From positions 682,001 to 746,000 of the forward strand of contig CAJFCJ010000006.1 of NCBI GenBank assembly GCA_904063045.1: DNA of 64,000 nucleotides. The letters run 5' to 3'. The notes under the pieces were generated by a model. It did no database searches, was not told the DNA's origin, and saw only the letters and a list, made by a program, of their open reading frames with translations. Origin of the DNA: Dimorphilus gyrociliatus (Eukaryota > Animalia > Annelida). Shown here in pieces: positions 24,989 to 37,365 of the stretch. Made by a program: the position numbers and the translations under genes. Position 1 is the first letter of the stretch. Every line of letters starts with the position of its first letter.

Positions 24989-25927
24989 TTATTTCTTACG
25001 TCGAAAACACATAAAGCGATAAAAAACATTTCGAACAGCTTTACGAAAATCAGATAAAAGCCAAAAATAGACAATAGGGTTGAAAAATGAGTTGGAAAAT
25101 GTTAAAACTTTGCTGATTTCCAAAGCAGTAAATATCCACTTACTTATATTTTTTCTCTTTGATTCTTTAGTTTTATATATTATATTTAGCACTATATATG
25201 GTAACCAAGATAACAAAAATAAACACATAATTATAGCCATAGTTTTGGCGGCTTTCATTTCAAATTTTCGGCCTTTTGATCTTCTGGCTTCGTTTCCCAA
25301 AGTTCTGTCTAAGTTATGAACTCTCCTTTGTATTTTGAATGCTAGAACAAGCATTTTCAAATAAAGAACTTTGTTTACAACAACTGGTATTAAAAGGTGT
25401 GGAAATAGAATAAGGAAAAAGAAAAGACTTGGAAGCCAATTGCTCAGAGTACAAAAATGGTTTCGGTGACTATTGGTTTCTGAATTTCTTGTGAAGAAAA
25501 TGGAGGCTGATATTAATGGAATATATATCCACACCATAAAGAGCCAACATCTTGAGCGCCACTTTGTTATTAAAGTAGGGTATTTCAAAGGATAGTAAAT
25601 AGCAATATATCTGTCTATGGCAATTACCATCAAATTATACAAAGATACTCCACTTGAAGATAGAATGATATGTAAGCATGGATGACATAGTCTATGGGTG
25701 ATATGGTGAAGCCAATTCGTATTATTTAAAATATTATACAGAGGGTGAATACTTCCCATTAATAAATCAGACACTGCCAAGCTGATAGCCATTTCGTTTG
25801 TAGTAATACTAAATGTTTGAAACTTAGTAAAAACAATAATTGTTATAATATTTCCTGAAATAACCAATATTGTTATTAAAAAGTTTATCAATAAAATAAC
25901 AAAATGAAATGTTTTGGAAACTTCCAT
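24989..25927 (-). CDS. Intronless class A GPCR (adenosine-receptor-like or orphan, very short N-terminus)
   Basis: GN in TM1, SLAVSD in TM2, AIDRY in TM3, SWLP in TM6, NSFFNPIVY in TM7; 312 aa. Confidence 0.92.
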   Translation of the reverse strand: MEVSKTFHFVILLINFLITILVISGNIITIIVFTKFQTFSITTNEMAISLAVSDLLMGSIHPLYNILNNTNWLHHITHRLCHPCLHIILSSSGVSLYNLMVIAIDRYIAIYYPLKYPTLITKWRSRCWLFMVWIYIPLISASIFFTRNSETNSHRNHFCTLSNWLPSLFFFLILFPHLLIPVVVNKVLYLKMLVLAFKIQRRVHNLDRTLGNEARRSKGRKFEMKAAKTMAIIMCLFLLSWLPYIVLNIIYKTKESKRKNISKWIFTALEISKVLTFSNSFFNPIVYFWLLSDFRKAVRNVFYRFMCFRRKK

Positions 25928-26160
25928 CTCCGACTGATCTTCAATAAAATATTATCTCCACTTGATAAATACACCTGCACCATAATCTACGAAAATAATT
26001 TACACAGTTGTCATTAGCTGTGATTACTCAGGTTCTCTTTAAGAGCTTCAAAGCGTCAAAGACCAGCGTTAACTTGATTTCTATTTAAAGCTACATTTCA
26101 AAAATTATGCTATTTATTGGGAACAAGACTAAAGTGAAAGTTAAAGAAAGTGTTTTATAG

Positions 26161-28157
26161 TTAATCTTTTTCAAATAAGGGTTCAGTTGACTTCTTCAAA
26201 AATCCTCTTTTTGCTGCTTTGTGTGACTTACTTCTTAAATGAGCTAAAAATATTTCAATAAGCTATAAATTCTCCAGAATTTTCAGAACTTACCTTGCCA
26301 GTCTTTAGTTGTCAAGAACACCCTTCCTTCACAAAATTCGCATTCTTGGTATATTTTTTCACTGATTTCTCCAATAGTTTTTTCTGGTTCGAAAGGCATG
26401 TTGCCACTCTATTTGTATTAGCATATTCATTTATCGTCCTTTACAAGCTTAGCTCTGCTTACCTTTAAAACAGCATGAAATAATTCAAAACTCGGCTGAA
26501 AAACGTTTTCATCCCATTTTTCTGGTAAAGTTGAGTCAACCGAAAAAACTGGTGGTACCTGATTTCCTGATCCTTTAATTTATAAATATTTAATAATGCT
26601 TTAACAGTTGTTTGAAACTATTTACTCTTTAAAAATCGGTTGTTGATCCACTTTAATTGCTTTCTGGAGTACTTTCGCGTAACCCGTTGAAGATTTACTT
26701 TTCCTTGAAGTAAAAGGGATGAAATAGAATTATTTTTTTGTGTTCTTATATGCGATTCAATACCTTCGTCAAACAATGCCATTCCCAAAGGAGTATTTTT
26801 TTCATTGTCAGACAATGCAAGATATTTATGAAACTCTTTAAAGCCGATAGCCTGTAGTAAACCAATAGTGTAATCTTGTCTGAAATATTTCAACCATTAG
26901 TTCATTAATATGGAGATACTTTGATATAACAATACCCACTTTTGGCTCTTATATTCCTCATACAGTTCTGTTAATTCCTGTTTTAATCCATTTTCAATCA
27001 TAAATTCGACTCTAGAATTTATTCTTGCATCTAATACTGCCCAATTAAAGTTAATTTTACAGTATTTTTTAGACGATTTAAGATATTTGAGGAATGTGAA
27101 AGTTACAGAAAATTATAAGAACAAAAATTGAAGTCTTATCTAAGTTATCTTTGATTTAACAAAGTTAACATTAAAGATACATAAAAAAATATTAACTATG
27201 GTTTGGATATCGAAGTTATTGCTTTTTTTTAAATCAATTTAGGTCTCTTTCTAGTATATTATTGCAAAAAATTAGATAGAATGTATGTTGGTTTAATCTA
27301 CCTGTCTGATCGCATTTGACCCAAATTAAGCAAATTTTTTCATATTTCAGACGACCACTGATATGACTCCCACTTTCTCTTTGCTGATTTGAATGATATG
27401 TACTCAATTTTGTTTTACTATTTCTGAACACTTCTAATGCTCTCTTAATCTTTCTCTTGTCGTTAGGATGAATTTTCTTAGCTGAATCGGGGTCTGCTTC
27501 CATTAATGCACTATGCAAATCGTCCTCGTCTGATTCACTGGAACTTGCCTCGGAACATACACTTGGAACATCGACTAAAAAGTCCCACAAGAGTGCCTCT
27601 ATATAATAGTTTGTTCCACCGACTATTATTGGAATCTTATCCTCCTGCAGTAGTTTGTCAATCTGAAAATAAAGAGTAAAGTAAGAGTCATTTTAAAAAT
27701 TGGAAAAGAAAATCCATAAAATAAATCAAATATGTACAATTTATATCGCAAATATGTAACTTTGTTACTATTAATATATTAAACTTAGTACTTTCAAGAA
27801 GAGTTAAAGATACAAACATACAATGGGTATTGCTTTATCCCTGAATTGCGTAACTGTATGTTTCAGCCACGGTTTTTCAACATAGCTAATCATGTGGTGA
27901 GGGGCCTCCAATTGCTCTTCTAATGTAACTTTATTAGTTACAACATCTAACCCCTTGTAAACCTGAGCGATAATATATCAGTAAAAGAAGAAAAATGAAG
28001 TATGCGCTTATATATGTAACACCTGCATTGAATCGGCAGATATTATTTCCCCTTTAAATGTTTTGGCTAACTGCAAAGCTAATTTGGACTTTCCCGTTCC
28101 TGTCGCCCCCAATATCACTAAAATCGGTAACTTATTAATTTTCGTAAGAGCCGCCAT
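26161..28157 (-). CDS. TRIT1: tRNA dimethylallyltransferase
   Basis: [67 protein letters not shown], and a C-terminal C2H2 finger CEFC...HLRSKSH. Confidence 0.96.
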
Positions 28158-28560
28158 GTTTAGACGGTAGTTAATCCGAGAAAAGTTATTTGCATTTTGT
28201 TTCCCATTGGAGTGACTACCATGCTATCATTGAACCATATTTACTCTGTATATACACTTTATTTATGAGTAACAACTGATTATCTTATTAATCAATATTT
28301 CTTCGTTAAAAATTCTCTAAAGCGGTTTATACTTTGATTTTACGAAAAAAGAAAGTCGAGTGATAAAACAAGGTTTTATTATTCTCTAGAAACATAAATA
28401 ATGTATGCAAGTATCATAAGCAGTATTTATCTAGTACTTTTTGTGCACTGATAATTTATTGGATATCGTATTCATGTTGGTAAAAATATTTTAAAAGTAC
28501 TTTCACAGTTTTAAACTATAACCGGGTGGCCTTCTTCTCTTTGCAGATTCTGTTTGCAAA

Positions 28561-31292
28561 ATGGATCGATTTAACTTACCTGAACCACCAAATACAGACT
28601 TGCAAGAACCTGAAGATTTAAATCAACTAAGATCGGATAGATTGGAAAGAACTCGGAATGTGATGGTGGTTAGCGACCCTTTTTTTTGCATTCCTCTCAA
28701 GATATAACATTTGTCTTATAACTTCTATCAGTGTTATAATTTATCATTTAAATCAGAAACAAACTCTGAGATTGTAATTACAAAAAAAACTCTTCGTTAG
28801 ATATACTCATAAGTTTCTTATTTTATTTCTCTAATGCAACCTGTACTCATTCAACTGAATCCTATTAATTTACTTCTAAAATTATCTCTGCACTGATAAT
28901 CCTACTAATTCCTGTCTTTCGAAGTCCTCTGCAAAGTCTATAAAGTTTACTTTAATTTTTTGTAGGGGCTTAGTTCATCCATTGCTTCAGCAACGTTACC
29001 CAAAGTTAGTAAACTCAGGCAGAAGGGCTAACGTTTTTTATGAAGGAATTTTTTTTAGCAGAGACTAAGTAACAGGGAGACTTGTGCTATCAAAATACAA
29101 TCATATTATCGAGGCTGGAGAGATAGAAAAAAATTTTATGCTATGCTTTATGAGAAATATGCTGCTGTAAATATTTTATGAACAAATATCTATAGTCTTA
29201 ATTTGACACTCCGTAATAGGAAGAAGAGGAAATATTCCAGAAAATGCAGCAGCAAGTCGAGGAAGGAGAACTGCTAATTCAGAAGTGAGTTCATGTTTAG
29301 ATCTCACCTAAACCTTTCAGCATGACACGTTGATGGCATGTGCATCTTAGTTTTTGATCAATTTTAATAACTTTAAAACTTAATTTCAACTCTCCTACGT
29401 GCAGGAATATGTCACCAACACTTACTTTTTAAAATATAAGGTAGTTGCACAAAACAAGGGAAGGATTATTTGTCTAATTATGCTTTTTAAAGTGAAATAG
29501 TTTGGAATATTTATTATTATTTCAATTCATGATGTTTCTTTGCTTAAATTATCCTGTTCATTATTCAGCCACAAATTAGAAATAGAATTAGAAGACAGTA
29601 ATACTACACGTAAGAATAAGCATAGGCACTTTGAATCTAACATTGTTAAGTGAGTGTTATCTTTTTTTTAAAGATATATTTGTTTTGATGTTTTTGATTA
29701 AAGTTGCGTATAATTTAACTAGCTTTTAAAACTTCTTTAGAATTCAAAGGTGCTGGAGGGCGTATAAAGCTCGTCAAGCAGCTAGGATTACAGAAGACAC
29801 TGACCAAGATGTCGAGTCTGTTGTTTCTGACTACTCTGAAATAAATGAATCTCTTAGAGAACACTTTTCAAACGTTCAAATTATTTCAAGAGACAGACTG
29901 TATTCAGAAAATAGTAGCGATAAAGAGATTTTGGAGGTTAACCATTCTCCTTTCCGTACACCACTTCAACGTGTTCCAAAATTTGAGAGAGAAAATGATG
30001 AAGAATATTTAAAACGGGTGAAAAAGATCAATTTTTTGAGTTTAGCGCAAGAATTTGCCGCAATACAAAGAAACGATTCGACAGCTTTACCTTTTGTCCT
30101 AAGTGAATACGAAGATAAATATGAGGTCGAAGTTGAAACCCCTGTGAATGAAGATAAGAATTTTGCATGTGATAAGATATCAAGCAACGAATTAGAGATT
30201 GAATCTACGCTGCCCGAAATGGATTGGGAGAGCTTGGAAAAAAATTTGATGGATTCGGCTGAGGAACAAAAGAAAGCTCAAGCAAGATATGAAGAGAAAG
30301 AAGAGATTAGACAAAAATTAGCTGATGCAAAAGACGAAGTTGTCGAAAAAAAGTCTTCTAGAGTATACTCAACTGGTTCGTTTTTAAATAGTTGTTTCCC
30401 ATCCTAAACTAATATTTAACAGGTAATATGCAACTATGCTTCATAAATGAACTTAACACCGACGATGATGTCTTGAGAACAGCAAATTCGCCTCCCAAAA
30501 CAGTAGATGACTATTTCAATAAGCAGGAAAGCATAAGAAATGAGGCCAGGAAAGCTTTAGCCCAGGTTTTAATCACTGTTTACCAAACATATATAAGAGA
30601 ATGACTCATCTGCAGGTTCGACCTATGGCAAGAATGCAATTGCAAATTGAAAAACAACAAAAGAAACATTCTTTTCCGGCAGTTGTAAGTATTTATGGTA
30701 AATATGCGCTATGAAAGTTCAATGAGGTTCATTATTAACAGACAGGGATGCCATGCCACGATGATGGCACTGATAAATTTGACAAACAATCGCTATCTTA
30801 TTTGAATCTCGCTCAATTGCAAGTTATTGTAAATGATTTGCATACACAGATAGAAGGTAAAAGACTTTAGTTGTTTAAAATTTTTGCTTTGAAATTTAGC
30901 CAAGTTTTATCCCAAATTACATTACGATAGGAGAAAGTTTGAATGCATCTTGTTTTGCATTCCAGACTATGATCCTCCATTGCATTATATAATATGTTTT
31001 TGTTTATCTAGTTGCACTCAAATTTAGACAAGGAGCTATCAGTATTAAATAATCACAATATTGATTGATTCAGGCCTAAATGAAGACTTAATGAAAAATC
31101 TGATGGAACGTGATGATCTCCATATGATTCAAGACTCAATGCTCGTGGATATAGAAGATCTTCAAAGGTTATTTTATATTATTCATAATATTGAAAAATA
31201 TATTTTTTATTATCAGACGGGCAGAAGAATATGCAAAAAGAATGAACCAGAAATTAACCGTAAATCCTCATATGAGCATAATAATGCAGTAA
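28561..31292 (+). CDS. SCHIP1: SCHIP1 with N-terminal IQ motif (IQCJ-SCHIP1-like)
   Basis: SLAQEFAA, MDWESLEKNL, EEIRQKLA, LQVIVNDLHTQIE, DSMLVDIEDL match SCHIP1. IQRCWRAYKARQ at 29742-29777. The small 5' exons and start codon are less certain. Confidence 0.85.
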
Positions 31293-31797
31293 GATCTGAT
31301 TTATGAATTTTATTTCATTTCAGTTGAGATTATTTCAAATGTTATTGTTTCATGCAGTAAACAAAGTTATTTTTCGTTTATTCTGTAGCATATCAAACAG
31401 TATTATTCAGGAAAATAAAGCTTTTAGCCTGCTTATTCGAAATTCTGAATCGCTTAAAGTTATCTTTACGTTTTATTTTTTTTGTATACATATCGCATAG
31501 ATCAATTTGTCTGGGCTTCAGCAGTGATAAATGTTAATAAATTTAAGAAAACGAAATATTTTATTTTAAATTCTGTGCGGTGCATTAAAATGGCGAGAAA
31601 CAAATCAGTCAGCCTATTTCCACTTCCGGAATTCAACGGAGGCTAAATTCGTCGTAATCATCACGTGATTGAAACGTAGCATATGAAGAAGCAATTGTAA
31701 TTTGCAGCTGACTAGTTCTCAATTATTAGTTGAACTCAAATGAATTATATATCGAAATTCGCATTATAAAATTCGCCAAAGAGTTGACATCGAGAAA

Positions 31798-32249
31798 ATG
31801 CACCCATCTGAATACGCTAATTTGACTGATAAACCACTTTTTGGAGAAACTAGGCCTAGAGTAAGTCTTGCAATAATCTGGTAAATGAAATTTAAACTAT
31901 GATATTTTAGGATAGGATAATAAATGTATTAGTCGGAGGAATAACTACAATTCTAGTCGCGGTAAGGGGAATACAATTTTATCTTATAATTTTGTAAATA
32001 GAATAATTCACTGCTTCATAGGTTACCATAGTTCTCTCCTTCGTTATTCCTCTACCCCCTAATGGCATCAATATTTTTTTTGCCATATGCATTTTGCTCA
32101 TTGGTGCTTCAAACGTACTTCTAATCAAGTGGTATCGACAAGGTGATTTGGAACCAAAATTTTTGAGTCTAATATATTTCAATGCATTTACAACCATTTT
32201 GTTGTGTGTTTGTGCTATTTTGTACATTGATTTTATCAAAAGACATTAG
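31798..32249 (+). CDS. TMEM243: TMEM243 (C7orf23)-like small membrane protein (not in ORF track)
   Basis: Spliced product ...DKPLFGETRPRDRIINVLVGG...NIFFAICI...WYRQGDLEPKFLSLIYF, matching recalled TMEM243 RPLFGETSAKDRIINL and WYRQGDLEPKF. Confidence 0.93.
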
Positions 32250-32821
32250 TATTCAATCTACGCGAAATGATAATTATATATTTACATGGGAGAAGTTATT
32301 TTATATGAAATAAATAAATTTTGGGGACAGATGTTTAAAAGAAATTGTTATAATCACACAAAGAATCATTGATTTTTACATAACGTTTATTCATGACTGA
32401 AGTTTAACATATGACTAAATAATCTGAAATCTATCAAAATTTAAGTAAACCCTTAGCAACCTTCATAATAAATACAATGAAAAACTAAATAAGATACATT
32501 CGACAACAGACACTAGACTTAATAAAATTGTTGCCCTTCGAATATGACCTTAAGAAATGGAGTTTTGAGAGTATATGATACATATTATCGTATATTTTTA
32601 TACTTTCTGGAAGTAATATAAAATTTTATATATTGTAAGTTTAAAAGCCAATGAAAAAAAGCTAACAATATTAGCCATTTATACAAATATTAAATATAAA
32701 TGTATAGAAATTTATATACATGGACCAACCCTTGTATCCTTTATAATAAATATTTGAACTGAGCAATTCGTTTTTATAAAAAATGCGCTGTGTTAAAGTT
32801 TGTTTTATAACTAAATTCAAG

Positions 32822-33864
32822 CTAAGCTTGATTGCTGTCCATGGCATAATTGTCGTACTGTTGACTTAACTGATACGGTTTATAAGGGTGTCCATAGACT
32901 GGAGTTTCAATGTGTCTTGATTGTGGCATCTTACTATTATCTATATACTGTTGTTGAAAATTATGTGGAAACATGATAACTCCCCTATTATTGGGTTGAT
33001 ATGGTATTTGCTGAGCACTTTGTGTTCTTTTTTTCGAGATCTTTTGTTTCATAGCGGGCGATGTGAAGGCAACAATAGAACTTATCAAAGACAAAATAGA
33101 TGATACGATTGCCAATCCAAAGCAAGCGTGAACAAACTTTCTTCCTTCACCAACCTCAGCAGCATAAACTATCCACGATATCGTTGTAAGAAGAGTCGCA
33201 ACGGCAAGATCGCCACCTAACAATCTTTCACCCATGGGGTATTTAATAGTGTCTGTAACAGTTACTAAAATACAAAACAGAACGGCCAAGAGTATGGATA
33301 TCGCGGATAATATCATCAGAGCTCTGACGGACTTTAACCAATCTGTAGAGAAATTAATAAACAATTAAATGAATAGAATAAAAAGGTACTCTGTATAGTT
33401 CTTATTAATTAATTTTCGAATATTTTCCTTCCTTCCTAGAACTCTTATATTGATAATATAATATTTATACTTTATAGATATTTCACGACGGCAACTAGAT
33501 AGAAATGAATGATAATTTCTTTATCACAGGCCGCTTAGGGAGTAATTATTGACAGTATTTATAAACGCATATAAAGACTGTCCTTTTGGAAGAGTGCCAA
33601 ATTATACTATTTTAAAGAAATCTTACTAGGTGGGTCATTAATTGTTATACAAGCAGTTACTGAGAGTCCAGAGTCGACATTACATAATTTAAATAAGCCA
33701 ACTTCCTGCGATTTTTCAGCAATAATACCAGAGTTGATGTAACTTTTACTATGCAACCAATGAGGCGAAGATAAGGACACGATATGTACTATAAGGAGTG
33801 AAGGTAATAGTAGAAACAGTAATATTTTCATGTGCTTCGATGATCTTGTAAATGGAGACGCCAT
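32822..33864 (-). CDS. Claudin/PMP22-like tetraspan protein with a long Pro/Tyr/Gln-rich tail
   Basis: TM1, HW...GLFKLC...C, an in-phase junction DPP-N-WLKSVRALM, three further TM segments and FVHACFGLA. Confidence 0.82.
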
Positions 33865-34526
33865 ACTATATTGTTGAAGGAAGAAATGTACGGAGAGCTT
33901 TACTCTGAAATGTTGATAGTATCCAGGTAAAAAAATCAATAAGGTGTGTTCTTTTACTCTGTCGAAGAATCCTAATGTTGAAATATTCAATTACTTTATG
34001 TCAGTTTTCACTTGCTTTCTCGGAAGGGGCATAAGAAATAGCAAGAATTTTTATTATTAGAGTGGTTAGACTTATAGAAATCTGTGTTAGCAGATATTTA
34101 CGTATGCCCTGTTACTTTTGCCACATCAAAGCGCCCTCTAGTTATTACTTATAAAAAATGCTACCGTAGGGTTAAAGTTGGCTGTATTCAATAGCAAGTT
34201 CACGACAGATACGTATTATTTCCATTAACTAGAAAATTTTTTATATAACAAGAGTGATGGAATTTTGTTTTCTATTGGATAATAAATCAAACACTTCTTT
34301 CTCCCAAAATGTATCCTAAAATCAATTTATCCCTTTCATTTGTTCAGGCAAAAGTTTTACAAAAGTGTATTCAAATAAAAATAACTAAATCAGAGATTCT
34401 GTAAATAGAACGAAATTAATTTATTTTATCATGATACGTTTTGTGTAGATCATTGAAATTTTATGACAATAGCCATAATTTATTAAATATGCATTTCATG
34501 TTAAAATCTAATCAAATGAAAGTTAA

Positions 34527-34961
34527 TTATTTTCTCTTCTGAGATCTTGCCCACTTTTCATAAGTATGAACTTCATTCTCGTTCTCATTCATGCAATTGC
34601 TTATTAATTTCCAACCTTGACCGTGCAAGAGATCACTCAATTCTATCCTCTGGATTGATTGCTTTAAGGTGTTTACTGTTATGTAACCGTTACCGTGGTG
34701 TTGAACTGTGTCACATTTTGCATCTGTTTCCTCTTCCAAGTCTACTTGCAGTCCAGTATCCAAAATTGCCTGACAAAACCCAGTAATGGTCAGTGACAAG
34801 GTTTCATTTGTCGTTTTGTTCGATACAGAAAATATCTCCAGAGTTGAACCAAATCCCCTTGAAGAGCTTGTTTTAGGTATTTTAATTGTTGAATTTAACG
34901 TAGATTTTCCATTTTTTTCCAATTTTCCCAAAGTAATACTAGCATTCAGAGCATTTGGCAT
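34527..34961 (-). CDS. Hypothetical 144-aa protein
   Basis: Intronless ORF in otherwise AT-rich intergenic DNA with globular composition. There is only a weak resemblance to the KCTD C-terminal/GFRP fold. Confidence 0.6.
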   Translation of the reverse strand: MPNALNASITLGKLEKNGKSTLNSTIKIPKTSSSRGFGSTLEIFSVSNKTTNETLSLTITGFCQAILDTGLQVDLEEETDAKCDTVQHHGNGYITVNTLKQSIQRIELSDLLHGQGWKLISNCMNENENEVHTYEKWARSQKRK

Positions 34962-35774
34962 TTTATCATTCGCGAGTCAATAAATGGAAAATTCTAAAGC
35001 TACTGCAACAGTGTCTCTGCATGGTACTGTTCAATACATAATCGATTTATTGACTTTTACTTCGGTAAAAAGTTTCTTTTAATTAATATAACTTAAAAGA
35101 AATGCTACTTTCAAGCATCTGTACTTGAATGGGATTTAAACATTAGAAAAGATACGGGCTATCTTACATACAGTATAGCATGAAAATATTTTCGATTATG
35201 CTATGACTAATTGATTAGTAGAAAATTCTTTGTTTTTTAAATGGATAATGAATCAGAAATATTAAAGGAAAAAAAATTTATGTTATGACCGAGCAAGCTA
35301 TTATTTATAAAATGCGCCAACAATGGGTGGTCAGTATTGAAAAAAACCCCAGAAATAATTAAAAAAGAGAACGGATTTAGGAGCTTGTAAACCTTTTCAA
35401 CACTATTTTACGAAGTGCTTAAAGGTTAAAGTAATTCGAACTCATTAAATTTAAAATAGTCACATCTTTAAAAGCTTAGTTTCTATTAGAAAACTTTATG
35501 TTCAATCAATTTTCTCTTATTAAAGCTGAATCAAGTCAATTTTACAAATGGTTGTTAGTATCTTAACAATCTTTCTCAACAATTAAAAATATTAATAGGA
35601 ATAGTTAATTATAGTTATTTGGAAATAACTTTTTTTTATTTAATTATTCAAAGTAAGTATTATAGTGTTAAGTAACAAAATATAAAGTTTTCAACAGTTT
35701 TCCAAAGCTGAAGGTATGAATAAATTTTCCATGACTTATAATCAATAATCCAAAAACTAACATTTACATAGTAC

Positions 35775-37365
35775 CTAATTACAAGTCATTGTTCTTTCAA
35801 CAATTGTTATTCGAAATTCTTTCCCAGTGAGGAATTTGTCAGATACTTTGTCATATACTTCACAAGTATATTTTCCACCTGGAATCTTTTCAACTTTTCT
35901 TAGAACAAACACTTTTTCTATTGCTCCTTCTATGACATTCACATATTGATAAGAATATACCCTTTCGTATGATTCTAGATCTTTTTTGCCTTCAATTCTT
36001 GATACTTTCAACCTTGCTTCAGGATAACCGAAAACTTTACACCTAAAACAAGTTGGCGTTGTTCGTGTTAGGCATACTCGAAGACTGGAGTTTGATGATT
36101 CGCAAGGTTCAATATAAATTTTAGGTACATCGTGTTTGAAAAATATGGCATTAATCGTTTTGTCTTGATCGCTTCTTTTCATTATAGCAGATAGGGAAAA
36201 TAAATTATTATTTATTTTCCTAAACATTTTACTTAGGTTGTAAGTAGAAAAACCAAATTTAATTTTCTGATATGCTCCATAAGTTTTCATACGCCCATCA
36301 TCCTCATTCACCTTAACTTTGTATTGGGAAAGACCAGATTGTCTATTAGATCTCGGTGCTTCATAGTTGGGATACTCTTCATGGGATATTGTATAAAACT
36401 CGTCTATAAAAGGGTTAGCATCGCTATCTAACACAACAGTAAAGTCTAATTTTAAAAGATTGTTACTAAAACTAATAGCAGTTCTTTCAGCTTTCAGCCA
36501 ATAAACGCTATCTAACTCTTCAAATTTGATAGGTTGATGGAGTTGTACGGTAGTGTATATCAAGTAAGATATGGCATATGGGTGAAGAAATGAGAAAACT
36601 GTGCAAAATGAGTATTCTCTTTGCTTAGGCAATTTGTGAATTTTCAAAGTTTGTACGTGCACATTTCCAGCTGATAAGCTATTTAATTGAATATTCTTAT
36701 CTCCTGTAGGAAGTTTTAACAGATCGATATAGCAATACAAAAAAATATATGTACTATAATATTACAAGGGAATAAAATGTATTATTAAGTGATTAAGTTT
36801 ATAGTACACTTTGAAATCTAGTACAAGATCTATAATTAAAAAAATTTTTTTTCGTTCAACCTTACGATGACGATTCAGTACTTAAACTTTTAATATGGAC
36901 TTTCTATCTCGCTGAAAGATTTATTGCTTATTGCTCAATGTTCTTTTCGACATGTAGTTATTTTTTGATTCCTTAGGAACAAAAGTTACCCCCTTCTTAC
37001 CTATAATCGGAAGTAGTTTATCAATCGGTGAATAGGGAGTGTTTCTAGCTAAAGTTGAAAAATGCCACATTATAGAAGGCTTTGAAGAACACCTAAAAGC
37101 CAGAGTAACAGTAGCTGTTCTTCCAGGTACAAAGGTAGATAACCTTCTTCTCATTGGAGCAAAGATTGGAATATCGCTACTCCTCTTGCTCCATTCGGGC
37201 TGATATTTTCACAGAAAGAATTTTAAAGAGTTCAATATTTACAATTAACAACTTTTATAACTATAGAAACAAATAAAATAAAAATTTTACCATCGCCATA
37301 TCGATAAATACTTCCGACGATAAAGCAAATCGGAAAAGCGCAACCACAATGTGTATCCGCCGCAT
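35775..37365 (-). CDS. Secreted immunoglobulin-domain protein (about 400 aa, no TM)
   Basis: Exons 37365-37291, 37199-37001 and 36703-35775 join in phase. Signal-like MRRIHIVVALFRFALSS. Ig patterns FRC...IMW...TLKI...YSFC and FRCKVFGYPEA...GKYTCEV. Confidence 0.65.

Noticed and set aside
29569-29609. Exon-like 41-nt segment in a SCHIP1 intron
   Set aside because: No phase is compatible with the flanking exons without a stop or frameshift.
31979-32239. 86-aa minus-strand ORF
   Set aside because: It is the shadow of the last TMEM243 exon on the plus strand.
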